Part shown: positions 15,064 through 23,396 of the stretch, piece after piece | How positions within the stretch are numbered: the first letter of the stretch is position 1 | How the letters are laid out: each line of letters starts with the position of its first letter | Source: a bacterium | GTDB lineage: Bacteria; Patescibacteriota; Minisyncoccia; Phycocordibacterales; GCA-002787175 | Length of the DNA stretch: 36,649 nt | Direction: 5' to 3' | Assembly: GCA_030689285.1 (NCBI GenBank) | Contig: JAUYJM010000007.1 | Span: 1-36,649 of the forward strand | Program-made: the position numbers and the translations under genes | Notes under the pieces: model-generated | Seen by the model: the letters and a program-made list of their open reading frames with translations, nothing else | Databases searched by the model: none | What the model was told of the DNA's origin: nothing

Positions 15064-15621
15064 TTATGCTTCAAAACTAGGACTTCGGTCTTTCCGAAAA
15101 GGAAAATTTATGGCTTCCAGAAACCCGAATGTTTCCTCTTTTGTTTTTGAGCTGACAACCATCGTAACAGCCAATCCGAAAACATCTTTTATTTCCTCGT
15201 CTGAAGTTTCTGGAAATATCGTATGCTCCTTTATGCCGAGGGTTACGTTGCCCATATTGTCCACCACGGTTCTTTGGATGCCTCTGAAATCTTTAGTTCT
15301 GGGAAATCCTATATTTAAGAGCTTGCCTAAAAAGCCCTGCATTCTGCTTCCTCGTAAAACTACCTGGACACCTACAGGATCTCCTTGTCTGGTTTTAAAA
15401 GAGGCGATAGATTTTTTCGCGCCCCTAAGAACAGGTTTTTGCCCTGTAATCTTGGTTAGTCGGTCTAAGACAAGTTCAATTTTCTTTTTATCCTTAAATG
15501 ACCCGACTCCCACGCTCACAACCACCTTTTCTATCTTCGGTGTTTCCATGATATTAACATAACCGAATTTGTCTTTCATTTTAGCGAATATTTCTTTTTG
15601 TATGTTGTTTTTTAACGTCAT
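15064..15621 (-). CDS. rplE: 50S ribosomal protein L5
   Basis: ...NIMETPKIEKVVVSVGVG...GFPRTKDFRG... . I use the ATG at 15621 (MTLKNNIQ...). The ORF-track start at 15657 is a GTG that overlaps rplX. Confidence 0.9.
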   Translation of the reverse strand: MTLKNNIQKEIFAKMKDKFGYVNIMETPKIEKVVVSVGVGSFKDKKKIELVLDRLTKITGQKPVLRGAKKSIASFKTRQGDPVGVQVVLRGSRMQGFLGKLLNIGFPRTKDFRGIQRTVVDNMGNVTLGIKEHTIFPETSDEEIKDVFGLAVTMVVSSKTKEETFGFLEAINFPFRKDRSPSFEA

Positions 15622-15646
15622 GTTATTTTGTAATGCGAAATCGGCG

Positions 15647-15946
15647 CTATATTGCACTGCCGCTTTTCTTGCTTACTCTTATCTTTTTGTCTCCTTCCAT
15701 TTTATAGCCGACTCTCACGGGCTTTCCGTTTTCCACAAGAGAAACATTGGACACGTCCACGGGCATCGCTACTTCCACGATTTGTCCCTTTCCGCTCGTT
15801 TTAGAGGCCTTTTTGTGCCTTTTAGCCATATTCAAACCGGATACGATGACTTTTCCGAGCTTTGGAAAAACCTCTGAAACAGCGCCTGTCTTGCCGCGCT
15901 CTTTTCCGGAAATCACTATTATATTGTCTCCTTTTTTGATTTTCAT
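15647..15946 (-). CDS. rplX: 50S ribosomal protein L24
   Basis: MKIKKGDNIIVISGKERGKTG is the KOW motif. Confidence 0.95.
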   Translation of the reverse strand: MKIKKGDNIIVISGKERGKTGAVSEVFPKLGKVIVSGLNMAKRHKKASKTSGKGQIVEVAMPVDVSNVSLVENGKPVRVGYKMEGDKKIRVSKKSGSAI

Positions 15947-15948
15947 AT

Positions 15949-16320
15949 TTAAACTATTTCAGCCGCCTTTGAGCTAATCGTTTGATAACCAAACTCGGCC
16001 ATCTCCCTCGGTATTGGACCGAAAATGCGTCCGGCAATCGGTTCGGACTTGGCTTTATCCACTAAAACCACGGCATTCTCATCAAACCTGATATAAGAGC
16101 CGTCAGAGCGCCTAAACGGTTTTACCTGCCTTACCACCACCGCGTGGAAAACATCTTTTTTCTTGACGGTTTTTCTCGGTTCCGCCTTCTGCACCGAAAT
16201 GACGACTTTCTCTCCCAATTCCGCGTACCTTTTCTTTGAGCCTCCGAGTACTTTGAAAACGCGTCCGAATTTTGCGCCGGAGTTGTCCGCGATTTTCACG
16301 ATGGAACGAGGTTGAATCAT
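15949..16320 (-). CDS. rplN: 50S ribosomal protein L14
   Basis: MIQPRSIVKIADNSGAK... Confidence 0.95.
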   Translation of the reverse strand: MIQPRSIVKIADNSGAKFGRVFKVLGGSKKRYAELGEKVVISVQKAEPRKTVKKKDVFHAVVVRQVKPFRRSDGSYIRFDENAVVLVDKAKSEPIAGRIFGPIPREMAEFGYQTISSKAAEIV

Positions 16321-16418
16321 AAGATTAGTTCGTCAAGTTTATCAAGTTGAAAGTTCTTAAAGTATTCCGACTTTGCCTTACTTGATGAACTTTATGGACT
16401 TTATGAACTTTTAACTTT
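16321..16418 (-). repeat. intergenic palindromic repeat, family B, copy 3 (right arm runs into the rpsQ 3' end)
   Basis: Core TAAAGTATTCCGACTTTGCCTTACTTGATGAACTTTA. The arm ...ACTTTATGGACTTTATGAACTTTTAACTT covers the last codons and the stop of rpsQ. Confidence 0.8.
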
Positions 16419-16664
16419 GAAGTGCTTATCCTTTGATATCGGTCTGCACTCCGCTATCGTCACTGTATCTCCGATCTTTTTCGTGTTGCCTGAATCGTGC
16501 GCCTTAAATCTTTTCGTAACGCGCATAAATTTATGGTACTTTGGATGTTTTACAAAACGATTCACTTCTACCACCACGGTATCTTTCATTTTATTAGAAG
16601 CGACCACACCCGAAAGTACTCTGGGCTTTTTTTCCATATTTATATTTTTTGTTTTGGAAATCAT
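16401..16664 (-). CDS. rpsQ: 30S ribosomal protein S17
   Basis: ...RVLSGVVASNKMKDTVVVEV...KHPKYHK... . The ATG at 16637 (MEKKPRVL...) is an equally plausible start. Confidence 0.9.
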   Translation of the reverse strand: MISKTKNINMEKKPRVLSGVVASNKMKDTVVVEVNRFVKHPKYHKFMRVTKRFKAHDSGNTKKIGDTVTIAECRPISKDKHFKVKSS

Positions 16665-16722
16665 ATATTATTGCAGAAAAACTTTTAACATTGGGCGACT
16701 TGTGGCTTTTAAGAATTACACG

Positions 16723-16911
16723 CTACAAAAGAGGATGTCTGACGCTCAATTCCGTCAAAATTTTCGCTATTTCCTTTCTAAGGTTTTTTCCTTCTTTGAT
16801 ATTCTTCGCCTTGCTTCCGGACATACTGAATCTAAAGTTTTTAAGCGCAAGTCTCTTTTCAGAAAGCGCTTTTAGCAAATCTTTTGGGGTCTTGTTAGAA
16901 ATATCTTTCAT
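16723..16911 (-). CDS. rpmC: 50S ribosomal protein L29
   Basis: 62 aa, ...LSEKRLALKNFRFSMSGSKAKN..., positioned between rplP and rpsQ. Confidence 0.9.
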   Translation of the reverse strand: MKDISNKTPKDLLKALSEKRLALKNFRFSMSGSKAKNIKEGKNLRKEIAKILTELSVRHPLL

Positions 16912-16964
16912 AGTTTCCAGTGGTTGATTAATCTACATTATGTTTCAAACAAACGCAAACGAAA

Positions 16965-17381
16965 CTAGCGGGCTACAATCTTTGTCTTGACCGGAAGCTT
17001 GGTACCCGCTTTTCTTAAGGCCTCCTTTGCCGCGCTTTCCGAAAGACCGTCAATTTCAAATATTATCCTGCCCGGTCTAATCTGAGCGCAGTACCCTTGA
17101 AGGTCTCCTTTACCTTTGCCGAGTTTAACTTCGGCAGGCTTCGCCGTAAAAGGCATATCAGGAAAGACTCTGGTCCACATCTTTCCGGTCTTACCGGCAG
17201 CTCTAGACATTGCTCGTCTCGCCGCTTCAAGCTGGTTGGATTTTACTCTGGCAGCCTGAAGCGCCTTGAGACCAAAAGAACCGAAGCTTACCTCGGTACC
17301 TCTCGTCTCAACCCAAGCCCGCTTTGGATTGCGGCGCTTTGTCTGCCATTTTCTAAATTTTACTTTTTTGGGGAATAACAT
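16965..17381 (-). CDS. rplP: 50S ribosomal protein L16
   Basis: MLFPKKVKFRKWQTKRR... Confidence 0.95.
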   Translation of the reverse strand: MLFPKKVKFRKWQTKRRNPKRAWVETRGTEVSFGSFGLKALQAARVKSNQLEAARRAMSRAAGKTGKMWTRVFPDMPFTAKPAEVKLGKGKGDLQGYCAQIRPGRIIFEIDGLSESAAKEALRKAGTKLPVKTKIVAR

Positions 17382-17501
17382 ATGTAAATTTATTCTCTAA
17401 TCAATCCCTAATTTTAGTCCCGAATTTCCCTAATTCAGATTCGTGATTGATTCGGGAGGCGCGTACTCGCGCCTAAATTCGGGACTATTTGGGATGATTG
17501 G
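17382..17501 (-). repeat. intergenic repeat element, family A, copy 2 (sense to operon)
   Basis: Its reverse complement matches 5988-6085 over a ~55-nt near-identical core that includes the GGCGCG-AGTA-CGCGCC hairpin (17458-17473). It fills the rpsC-rplP spacer. Confidence 0.85.
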
Positions 17502-18173
17502 TTACTTTCGCTGGTTCTTATCAGCGAAAATCTCTCCTTTATATATCCAAACCTTTATCCCGATATCGCCGTAAGGCATATGGGCCTTCTCTCTGGCAAA
17601 ATCCACATCGGCTCTAAAAGTCTGAAGAGGGATTCTGCCTTTTTTGAGTTCCTCCGTTCTTGCCATTTCAGCCCCGCCTAGTCTTCCTCCAAGATAAACC
17701 TTGACTCCCTGAACATCTCTGTTTGCCATAACTTTCTCAATAGTCTGCTTCATAACCCTTCTGAAAGGAAACCTCTTCTCAATGCCTTCCGCAACCATAT
17801 AGGCAACTATTGAAGCATTTGATTCGGGAGACTTGACTTCCTCAACATCCAGCTTCACATCCCCGGAAATCGGTATTTTTTTGCGGGACAGAAATTTGAG
17901 TACATCCTTTTTTAGGTTTAAAATTCCTTCTCCGCTTTTGCCGATTATAAGGCCGGGTCGTGAAGTTTTTATTATTATTCGGAAAGATTTTCCCCCTCTT
18001 TCCATCTCTACAGAACTTACATAAAGTCCTCGCAAACGCTGTGTGAGGTAGTCCCTAAGAAGCACATCGCATTTCAAAAAATCTCTATACTTTCCTCCCA
18101 TGCCAAACCATCGGGATTTCCAGTCCCTGATGATTCCTAAACGATGCGAATACGGATGGACAATGTGAGTCAT
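17502..18173 (-). CDS. rpsC: 30S ribosomal protein S3
   Basis: MTHIVHPYSHRLGIIRDWKSRWF... has the KH domain and S3 C-terminal domain. Confidence 0.95.
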   Translation of the reverse strand: MTHIVHPYSHRLGIIRDWKSRWFGMGGKYRDFLKCDVLLRDYLTQRLRGLYVSSVEMERGGKSFRIIIKTSRPGLIIGKSGEGILNLKKDVLKFLSRKKIPISGDVKLDVEEVKSPESNASIVAYMVAEGIEKRFPFRRVMKQTIEKVMANRDVQGVKVYLGGRLGGAEMARTEELKKGRIPLQTFRADVDFAREKAHMPYGDIGIKVWIYKGEIFADKNQRK

Positions 18174-18218
18174 AAAATTAATTTGGGGTTTAAATCTGAA
18201 GGTATAGGGTTAAATTTT

Positions 18219-18563
18219 TTACTTTTTGCCTTTCATTGACACTTTCGCTCCGAGAATGAGCGTAATGATGCTTGTTCTCTTTTTTATGCGGAACATTGAG
18301 CCCCTAGCCCTTGGCATCCCTCTTTTTAAAACGGAACCGCCGTCAACCGTAATCTTTTCAACAAAAAGCCCTTCTGTGGGTATATTTTTTTGCCTTGCGT
18401 TTGCCAAAGCGGAGTCAAGAAGTTTTCTGACCGGTCCTGTCGCGGTTTTGACTGTGTAGGACAAAAGATTTTGAGCTTCCTCAACCTTTTTACCTCGTAT
18501 CATATCCGCCACCAGCCGGACTTTTCGGGGAGATTGTCGGTAGTTGTTTAGAATTGCTTTCAT
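18219..18563 (-). CDS. rplV: 50S ribosomal protein L22
   Basis: ...YRQSPRKVRLVADMIRGKKVEEA... Confidence 0.95.
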   Translation of the reverse strand: MKAILNNYRQSPRKVRLVADMIRGKKVEEAQNLLSYTVKTATGPVRKLLDSALANARQKNIPTEGLFVEKITVDGGSVLKRGMPRARGSMFRIKKRTSIITLILGAKVSMKGKK

Positions 18564-18703
18564 GGCGTGTACGTGTAGCGTGTAGCGTGCAACGTGTAGC
18601 GTAGAATCTTGTAACGTGTAGCGTCAGAGTATTTCTTTTCCGGCGTTACACGTTACAAGTTACACTTTTTAGATTATGGCGTTACAAGCTACACGTTTTG
18701 TGA
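18564..18703 (-). repeat. long palindromic intergenic element, B-like architecture with a different repeat unit
   Basis: Tandem (A)CGTGTAGCG units on the left and CGTTACA/GCTACACG units on the right. CTTGTAACGTGTAGCG pairs with CGTTACACGTTACAAG with 1 mismatch. The loop TCAGAGTATTTCTTTTCCGG shares AGTATT..CTTT with family B. Confidence 0.8.
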
Positions 18704-19045
18704 TTATTTTTTCGCTTCTGTCGCCGATTTGGCCGACTGGGCCGCCGCTATTTCGGCGTCCTTTTTCTGTTGTTCCAACTCCTTCTGCATCTTACCGCCG
18801 TGCCTGACAAACTTTCTAGTCAGTGAGAACTCTCCCAAACGGTGTCCTACCATATCTTCAGTAACCAAAACTTCCGGGAAATCTTTTCCGTTGTGCACCA
18901 AAAATTTAAACCCGACCATTTCAGGCGAAATAACGGAAGCGCGAATCCATACTTTTATAGGCCCGGAGCTTTCCGGTCTTTTGCCCTGGATTTTTTTTAG
19001 AATCCTCGGGTCAACATATGGTCCTTTGGACAGAGAACGTGTCAT
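18704..19045 (-). CDS. rpsS: 30S ribosomal protein S19 (with Lys/Ala/Glu-rich C-terminal tail)
   Basis: MTRSLSKGPYVDPRILKK...VHNGKDF..V.VTEDMVGHRLGEF. The ATG at 19045 lies within ORF 18704..19183. Confidence 0.9.
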   Translation of the reverse strand: MTRSLSKGPYVDPRILKKIQGKRPESSGPIKVWIRASVISPEMVGFKFLVHNGKDFPEVLVTEDMVGHRLGEFSLTRKFVRHGGKMQKELEQQKKDAEIAAAQSAKSATEAKK

Positions 19046-19080
19046 AATTTTAAAAACAAGCTCCTGCCGAGCTTTAAATG

Positions 19081-19108
19081 AGTTTACCAGAAGACAAAGG
19101 AAAGTCAA
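19081..19108 (-). promoter_or_regulatory. candidate promoter of the rpsS-led ribosomal protein operon
   Basis: On the minus strand: TTGACT(19108-19103)-N16-TAAACT(19086-19081), about 35 nt upstream of the rpsS ATG. Confidence 0.35.
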
Positions 19109-19341
19109 CTCAAAGCGTTGGCGCAACTTTTTTACACGCGCCTGAGAAACAAGAATCTTGCACATACCATTATTAAAGGGCAAAACAAGCCGTTTTCAAT
19201 ACGCCACGCGGGTGGCGTATTAATCTGGTTTAAAATGACCCAATATGCCCATTACACCACATTTTTCCCAAAATTTCTGGAGGTTGGACACCTAAATTCA
19301 GAGGAGAAGCGTCTCTTTCGGGAAAGCTATCCGAGCGCCCC

Positions 19342-21078
19342 TTACATCTTCTCTGGCGTCTTAATACCGAGAAGCCAAAGCCCGTTTTTCATTACTTGAG
19401 CGAAAGCATATGTCAAAGCAATTTTGTAAGGAGAAGACGGGTCGCCCTTGTCCACTATTTTTTCTTTGGCGTACCAAGAGTTAAACTGGCCCGCAATCTC
19501 TGTCAAATAGGTTACGATATGGTGTGGCGCGTATTCACTGGCCGCTCTTTCCACAATTTCCGGAAATCTGATAATCAGTCTTTCCAAAGAATTGGGCTCA
19601 TTTCTTTTTTCCGGAAATTGGAAATTGGAAATTGGAAATTGGAAATTTTCTGCTCTGGCCTTCGCCAGAACAGAACTCGCTCTTGTGTGCGAATACTGCA
19701 AATACGGTCCAGAGTCGCCTTCAAAAGAAACCGATTTTTCAAGCTCAAAAACAATATCTCCCCCTATGGCTTGCCGTAGTATGGAATACTTTATTGCTCC
19801 GACCGCTATAATTTCAGCTGTTTCTTCCCTTTTTTCTTCCGAAAAATCTCGTTCTTTCATTTTTTCTTTAACCAGATTCTTAACTTGCTTCAAAAGCGCC
19901 TCGCCTGTTATGACATTTCCTTTTCGCGAAGACATCTTGCCTTCGGCAAAACGCATCATTCCATGACTTATATGCTCGGTTTTATGGCCAATTTTCTCAT
20001 CTACTTCGCTCAAAGCGGAGAGCACAACCTTAAAATAATCGTCCTGTTCGCTTGCGGTTACAATTATAGACCTTTCAAGGTCTTCGTGACGTTTAAATTT
20101 TTCCGTATTTAAACCCATCTCTTTGGCTTCGTATGTCGGCAACCCTTTTGAAGTCACGAATACTCTTTTATGCAGTCCTCTTTTCTCACCATCAAATATG
20201 ACGGCTCCTTCGCTTTCTTCAAATACGCCTTTTTTCAAAAACTCCAGCGTTATTTCCTTTCCTCTGCCCGCCACTTCACTTTCAAAAATGTATTCGTCAA
20301 ATTTTGTACCCAAAACGGCGTAAAGTTCTTCAAAATGTTCCAGGCTCCACGTTCGGCCTTTTTCATATATTTTATTCGCTTCCGCGTCTGACTTTTCATA
20401 AAGAATTTTGTTTAGCTCGTCTATTTCGGCTTTATTCTCCTTGGAATTCTCATAAGCGCTGGAGCCGAACACGTACGCTTCGCCCAAAAAAGCGGTCTTT
20501 TCCGACAACGAGTCGCTGTCTTTCGGTACGCTACCAAGTTTATTTTTGTATCCCCAAACAGCTTTTGCGATATGAAGTCCCGTGTCACTCGGGTAGCACA
20601 TTCTCACGACCTTCGCTCCGGAAAACTCGGTCAAACGGGAGATGGATTCTCCTATGGCATTACTCATCAAATGCCCGATATGAAACGGCTTGAAAATATT
20701 GGGGTCGGTGTATTCCACCATCACTTTTTCATCCAAAAGATGTTCACTTTTTCCAAACCTTTCTTTTTTCTCCAAAATATCTGTTACGCCAAGGGCAAAA
20801 ACTTTTGGTTTTAGATGGAAGTTTATAAACCCCGCTCCCGCCACCTCTGCTTTTTCCACTTCTTCCAACTGATTTTCCGTAACGCTCCTTACCAAATCAA
20901 TCGCGAGCTCCCGCGGACTTTTGCCGACTTTCTTTGCGTAAACAAGCGCCGCGTTTGTGGCAAAGTCCCCATGCGCCAAATCGGCTGAATGCTTTAATTC
21001 AACTTTTGCGGTTTTGACCCCCTCCTTTTTTAGGCCGTCTTCCACCGTTTTTTTTATTTTTTCCTTTATTTCTATCAT
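19342..21078 (-). CDS. argS: arginine--tRNA ligase
   Basis: Class I HIGH motif (FHIGHLMS), MSSRKG (KMSKS-like), and the C-terminal DALR anticodon-binding region ...YLTEIAGQFNSWY...; 578 aa. Confidence 0.9.
   Translation of the reverse strand: MIEIKEKIKKTVEDGLKKEGVKTAKVELKHSADLAHGDFATNAALVYAKKVGKSPRELAIDLVRSVTENQLEEVEKAEVAGAGFINFHLKPKVFALGVTDILEKKERFGKSEHLLDEKVMVEYTDPNIFKPFHIGHLMSNAIGESISRLTEFSGAKVVRMCYPSDTGLHIAKAVWGYKNKLGSVPKDSDSLSEKTAFLGEAYVFGSSAYENSKENKAEIDELNKILYEKSDAEANKIYEKGRTWSLEHFEELYAVLGTKFDEYIFESEVAGRGKEITLEFLKKGVFEESEGAVIFDGEKRGLHKRVFVTSKGLPTYEAKEMGLNTEKFKRHEDLERSIIVTASEQDDYFKVVLSALSEVDEKIGHKTEHISHGMMRFAEGKMSSRKGNVITGEALLKQVKNLVKEKMKERDFSEEKREETAEIIAVGAIKYSILRQAIGGDIVFELEKSVSFEGDSGPYLQYSHTRASSVLAKARAENFQFPISNFQFPEKRNEPNSLERLIIRFPEIVERAASEYAPHHIVTYLTEIAGQFNSWYAKEKIVDKGDPSSPYKIALTYAFAQVMKNGLWLLGIKTPEKM
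19613..19647. repeat. heptanucleotide microsatellite (GGAAATT)x5 inside argS
   Basis: Five perfect tandem copies. On the coding strand they encode ENFQFPISNFQFPEK. Confidence 0.95.
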
Positions 21079-21096
21079 TCTTAAATTTGTCCTTTA

Positions 21097-22887
21097 TCAC
21101 ACATTCCCCAGTTTTGACATTTTGTGAAAATATGAATTCGGATTTCCCAAAAGCTCCTGCGGATTGCCGGACTCCACTATCTTACCTTTATCTAAAACAT
21201 GTATGATGTCGGCATCGACTACGGTGGAGAGTCTGTGAGCTATCACAATTATAGTCATTTCCCCTTTTAAGCCGTTCAGAGTTTCTTTTACAAGACTTTC
21301 CGACTGGTTATCAAGCGCGCTTGTAGCTTCGTCAAGCACCAAAATTTCCGGATCTCTTGCCAAAGCTCGAGCGAGGGCTATTCGCTGTCTTTCACCTCCC
21401 GAATGCCTTGCCCCTCTCTCTTCAACGGATGTATCAAACTTTTGGGGCAACTTCATAATAAACTCGTAGATATTAGCTTGTTTGGCGGCATCAGCGGCTT
21501 TTTCAAAAGTGATTGATGAATCGTAAAAGCGAATGTTTTCAAGAATAGAGTCGTTTTTGAGAAATACGTCCTGCGCCACATATACCGTCTTTTTTCTCCA
21601 CTCTTTTATGTTTATTTCCGAAACGTCCCTGCCGTCAACGGTTATCCTTCCGGCTGAAGGCGAAATAAAACGAAGAAGCATATCCGCCAAAGTGGTTTTG
21701 CCGGAACCGGAAGGTCCTATTATCGCCACGGTCTGCCCTTTTTTTACTGAAAAAGCAATGTCGTTTACAACGTTTTCGCCGCCGTACTTAAACGACACGT
21801 CTTCAAATCTTATCTGTTCTTTGAAACTCATAGGCATACTTCCGTTTTGTATGTCCGCGTTTTTTGACACGGTTTCAAACATTTTTTCCACCGATTGGGC
21901 GTGAGGCAGAGAACCGCTCAAGATATTTTTTGAATTTTGGATTTTTTCAATTCTTATAAACATCTGTTGAATCAAGTAAATTATCGGGATGAAAGCGGTT
22001 ATGTTGAATGTTAAAAATTTATAAGACACGGCAAAAACCGCTAAAATGAAAATCAGACTCATCGGCTCAATGGATACCTTCACAAGAGTCTTGATGTCTT
22101 GTTTTCTTATTTCCGCCCGCTCGTATTTTCTGAAAAATGACACGAGACTTTCAAGCACCGTCTTTTCCGCGCTAAAGGCCTTTACCGACTTGATACCGTA
22201 AAGCGCTTCGCTTATGCCGTGTGCCGCGTCTTTCGTCGCGGAAGCCAAAGTTCGGGCGGATTCTCGGATTTTCCTATCAAAAGGTTTAAAAATAAAGAGA
22301 ACAACTATGCCGACCAAAAGCGAAAGAGCGGTGATTTTCGGAGAGAGAAAAAATGCCACAGCAGCGTATGTGACAAGGGTTGAAACGCTCAGAAATGCAA
22401 CCATGGTAGTGTCCAGTATTTTCGCGCTATGCTCAATATCGGCCATCACCATATAGTCCAAATGTCCGAGCTTTTGCTTTCTCAAAAAAGAAAAGGAGCT
22501 CCCGAACAGGCGTTCGCACATTTTTTTTCTGATTGAGACTTTATAGTCGCCCACTACGCGCACCCTTATCCTGCCGAAAATAAAAAGGAGTACGGCTTTT
22601 AAGACAAAAAGCAGAAATACGATTAAAAGAAGTTTTTGAAAACCGAACGATATGCCCATGATTTCCGACATCTTATGCAGGGCGCTTACGACAGAGTTGT
22701 CCGCTAAAGTATTCGGATTTACAAGAGACATAAAAAGCGGCACAAGCAAAGTGATGCCTATACCCTCCGCGAGACCTGAAAGCATACCTAGAGCGGATAA
22801 CGAAACCAGCTTTACCCTATAGCCGGTATAAAGGGTGTTAAAAAGCCGCCCTACCTTCCAAAAAAGTTTAAACGGGTTTTTTATCAC
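21097..22887 (-). CDS. ABC transporter, fused permease/ATPase (MsbA-like exporter)
   Basis: Six N-terminal TM segments, Walker A GPSGSGKTT, signature HSGGERQR, Walker B ILVLDEATSALD. GTG start. Confidence 0.9.
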   Translation of the reverse strand: MIKNPFKLFWKVGRLFNTLYTGYRVKLVSLSALGMLSGLAEGIGITLLVPLFMSLVNPNTLADNSVVSALHKMSEIMGISFGFQKLLLIVFLLFVLKAVLLFIFGRIRVRVVGDYKVSIRKKMCERLFGSSFSFLRKQKLGHLDYMVMADIEHSAKILDTTMVAFLSVSTLVTYAAVAFFLSPKITALSLLVGIVVLFIFKPFDRKIRESARTLASATKDAAHGISEALYGIKSVKAFSAEKTVLESLVSFFRKYERAEIRKQDIKTLVKVSIEPMSLIFILAVFAVSYKFLTFNITAFIPIIYLIQQMFIRIEKIQNSKNILSGSLPHAQSVEKMFETVSKNADIQNGSMPMSFKEQIRFEDVSFKYGGENVVNDIAFSVKKGQTVAIIGPSGSGKTTLADMLLRFISPSAGRITVDGRDVSEINIKEWRKKTVYVAQDVFLKNDSILENIRFYDSSITFEKAADAAKQANIYEFIMKLPQKFDTSVEERGARHSGGERQRIALARALARDPEILVLDEATSALDNQSESLVKETLNGLKGEMTIIVIAHRLSTVVDADIIHVLDKGKIVESGNPQELLGNPNSYFHKMSKLGNV

Positions 22888-23036
22888 GGTTGGAAGTAAT
22901 ATACATTTTTTTCGCGCGCCTGTATATGGGTAAAGAAATCAGCCGCGACTACAGACTTGAAAACGCATACGCGTATCCGCGGTCAGCTTAGCTGGCGCGC
23001 GATTTCTCCACAAGAAAGATAATGTATAATAAAGCC

Positions 23037-23396
23037 ATGCACTATATTTTCATTGTCTTAACCGCCTCCCTCAACACCGCGGCGAATTTTTTTCTAAAAA
23101 CCTCCTCCGGCAAATCTTTTGCGTTGAAAGACTCTTCTATTCTTTCCTTAATTCAAAATCATTACACCGTGATTTTGGGATTTTTCCTATACGCCGCTTC
23201 CGCGATTTCATATATCCTTTTACTTCGGCTCTTGCCGCTTTCGGTGGCTTACCCCGCGGTGGTAGTAACCACGCTTATAGCAATCAATGCCGTAAGCCAA
23301 ATTTATCTCAAAGAGACCGTGAACGCGCCGCAAACAATAGGATACTTATGTCTCATTGTCGGCATAACGTTAATTTTTTATTTCAAACCCGCCTAG
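23037..23396 (+). CDS. small 4-TM DMT/SMR-like membrane protein (ArnE/ArnF-like flippase candidate)
   Basis: About 120 aa with four hydrophobic helices and the motif LPLSVAYP. I use the ATG at 23037 because the ATG at 23022 overlaps a TATAAT box. Confidence 0.6.
   Translation: MHYIFIVLTASLNTAANFFLKTSSGKSFALKDSSILSLIQNHYTVILGFFLYAASAISYILLLRLLPLSVAYPAVVVTTLIAINAVSQIYLKETVNAPQTIGYLCLIVGITLIFYFKPA

Noticed and set aside
11999-16927. Long plus-strand ORFs opposite secY and the ribosomal protein genes (for example 11999..12646, 12568..12891, 14783..15562, 16417..16875).
   Set aside because: They are antisense shadows of highly conserved, confidently identified minus-strand genes, with Ser/Phe/Leu-rich compositions typical of reverse-frame translation.
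19198-19221. Perfect 10-bp hairpin AATACGCCAC-gcgg-GTGGCGTATT as the argS terminator.
   Set aside because: There is no T-tract after the stem on the minus strand. It may still be a stabilising or regulatory hairpin, but I cannot call it a terminator.
13580-19647. CRISPR array formed by the short tandem units (octamers in the B elements, CGTGTAGCG units, GGAAATT x5).
   Set aside because: The units are 7-10 nt with no spacers of CRISPR size. They form inverted arms or lie in-frame inside argS, and there are no cas genes.
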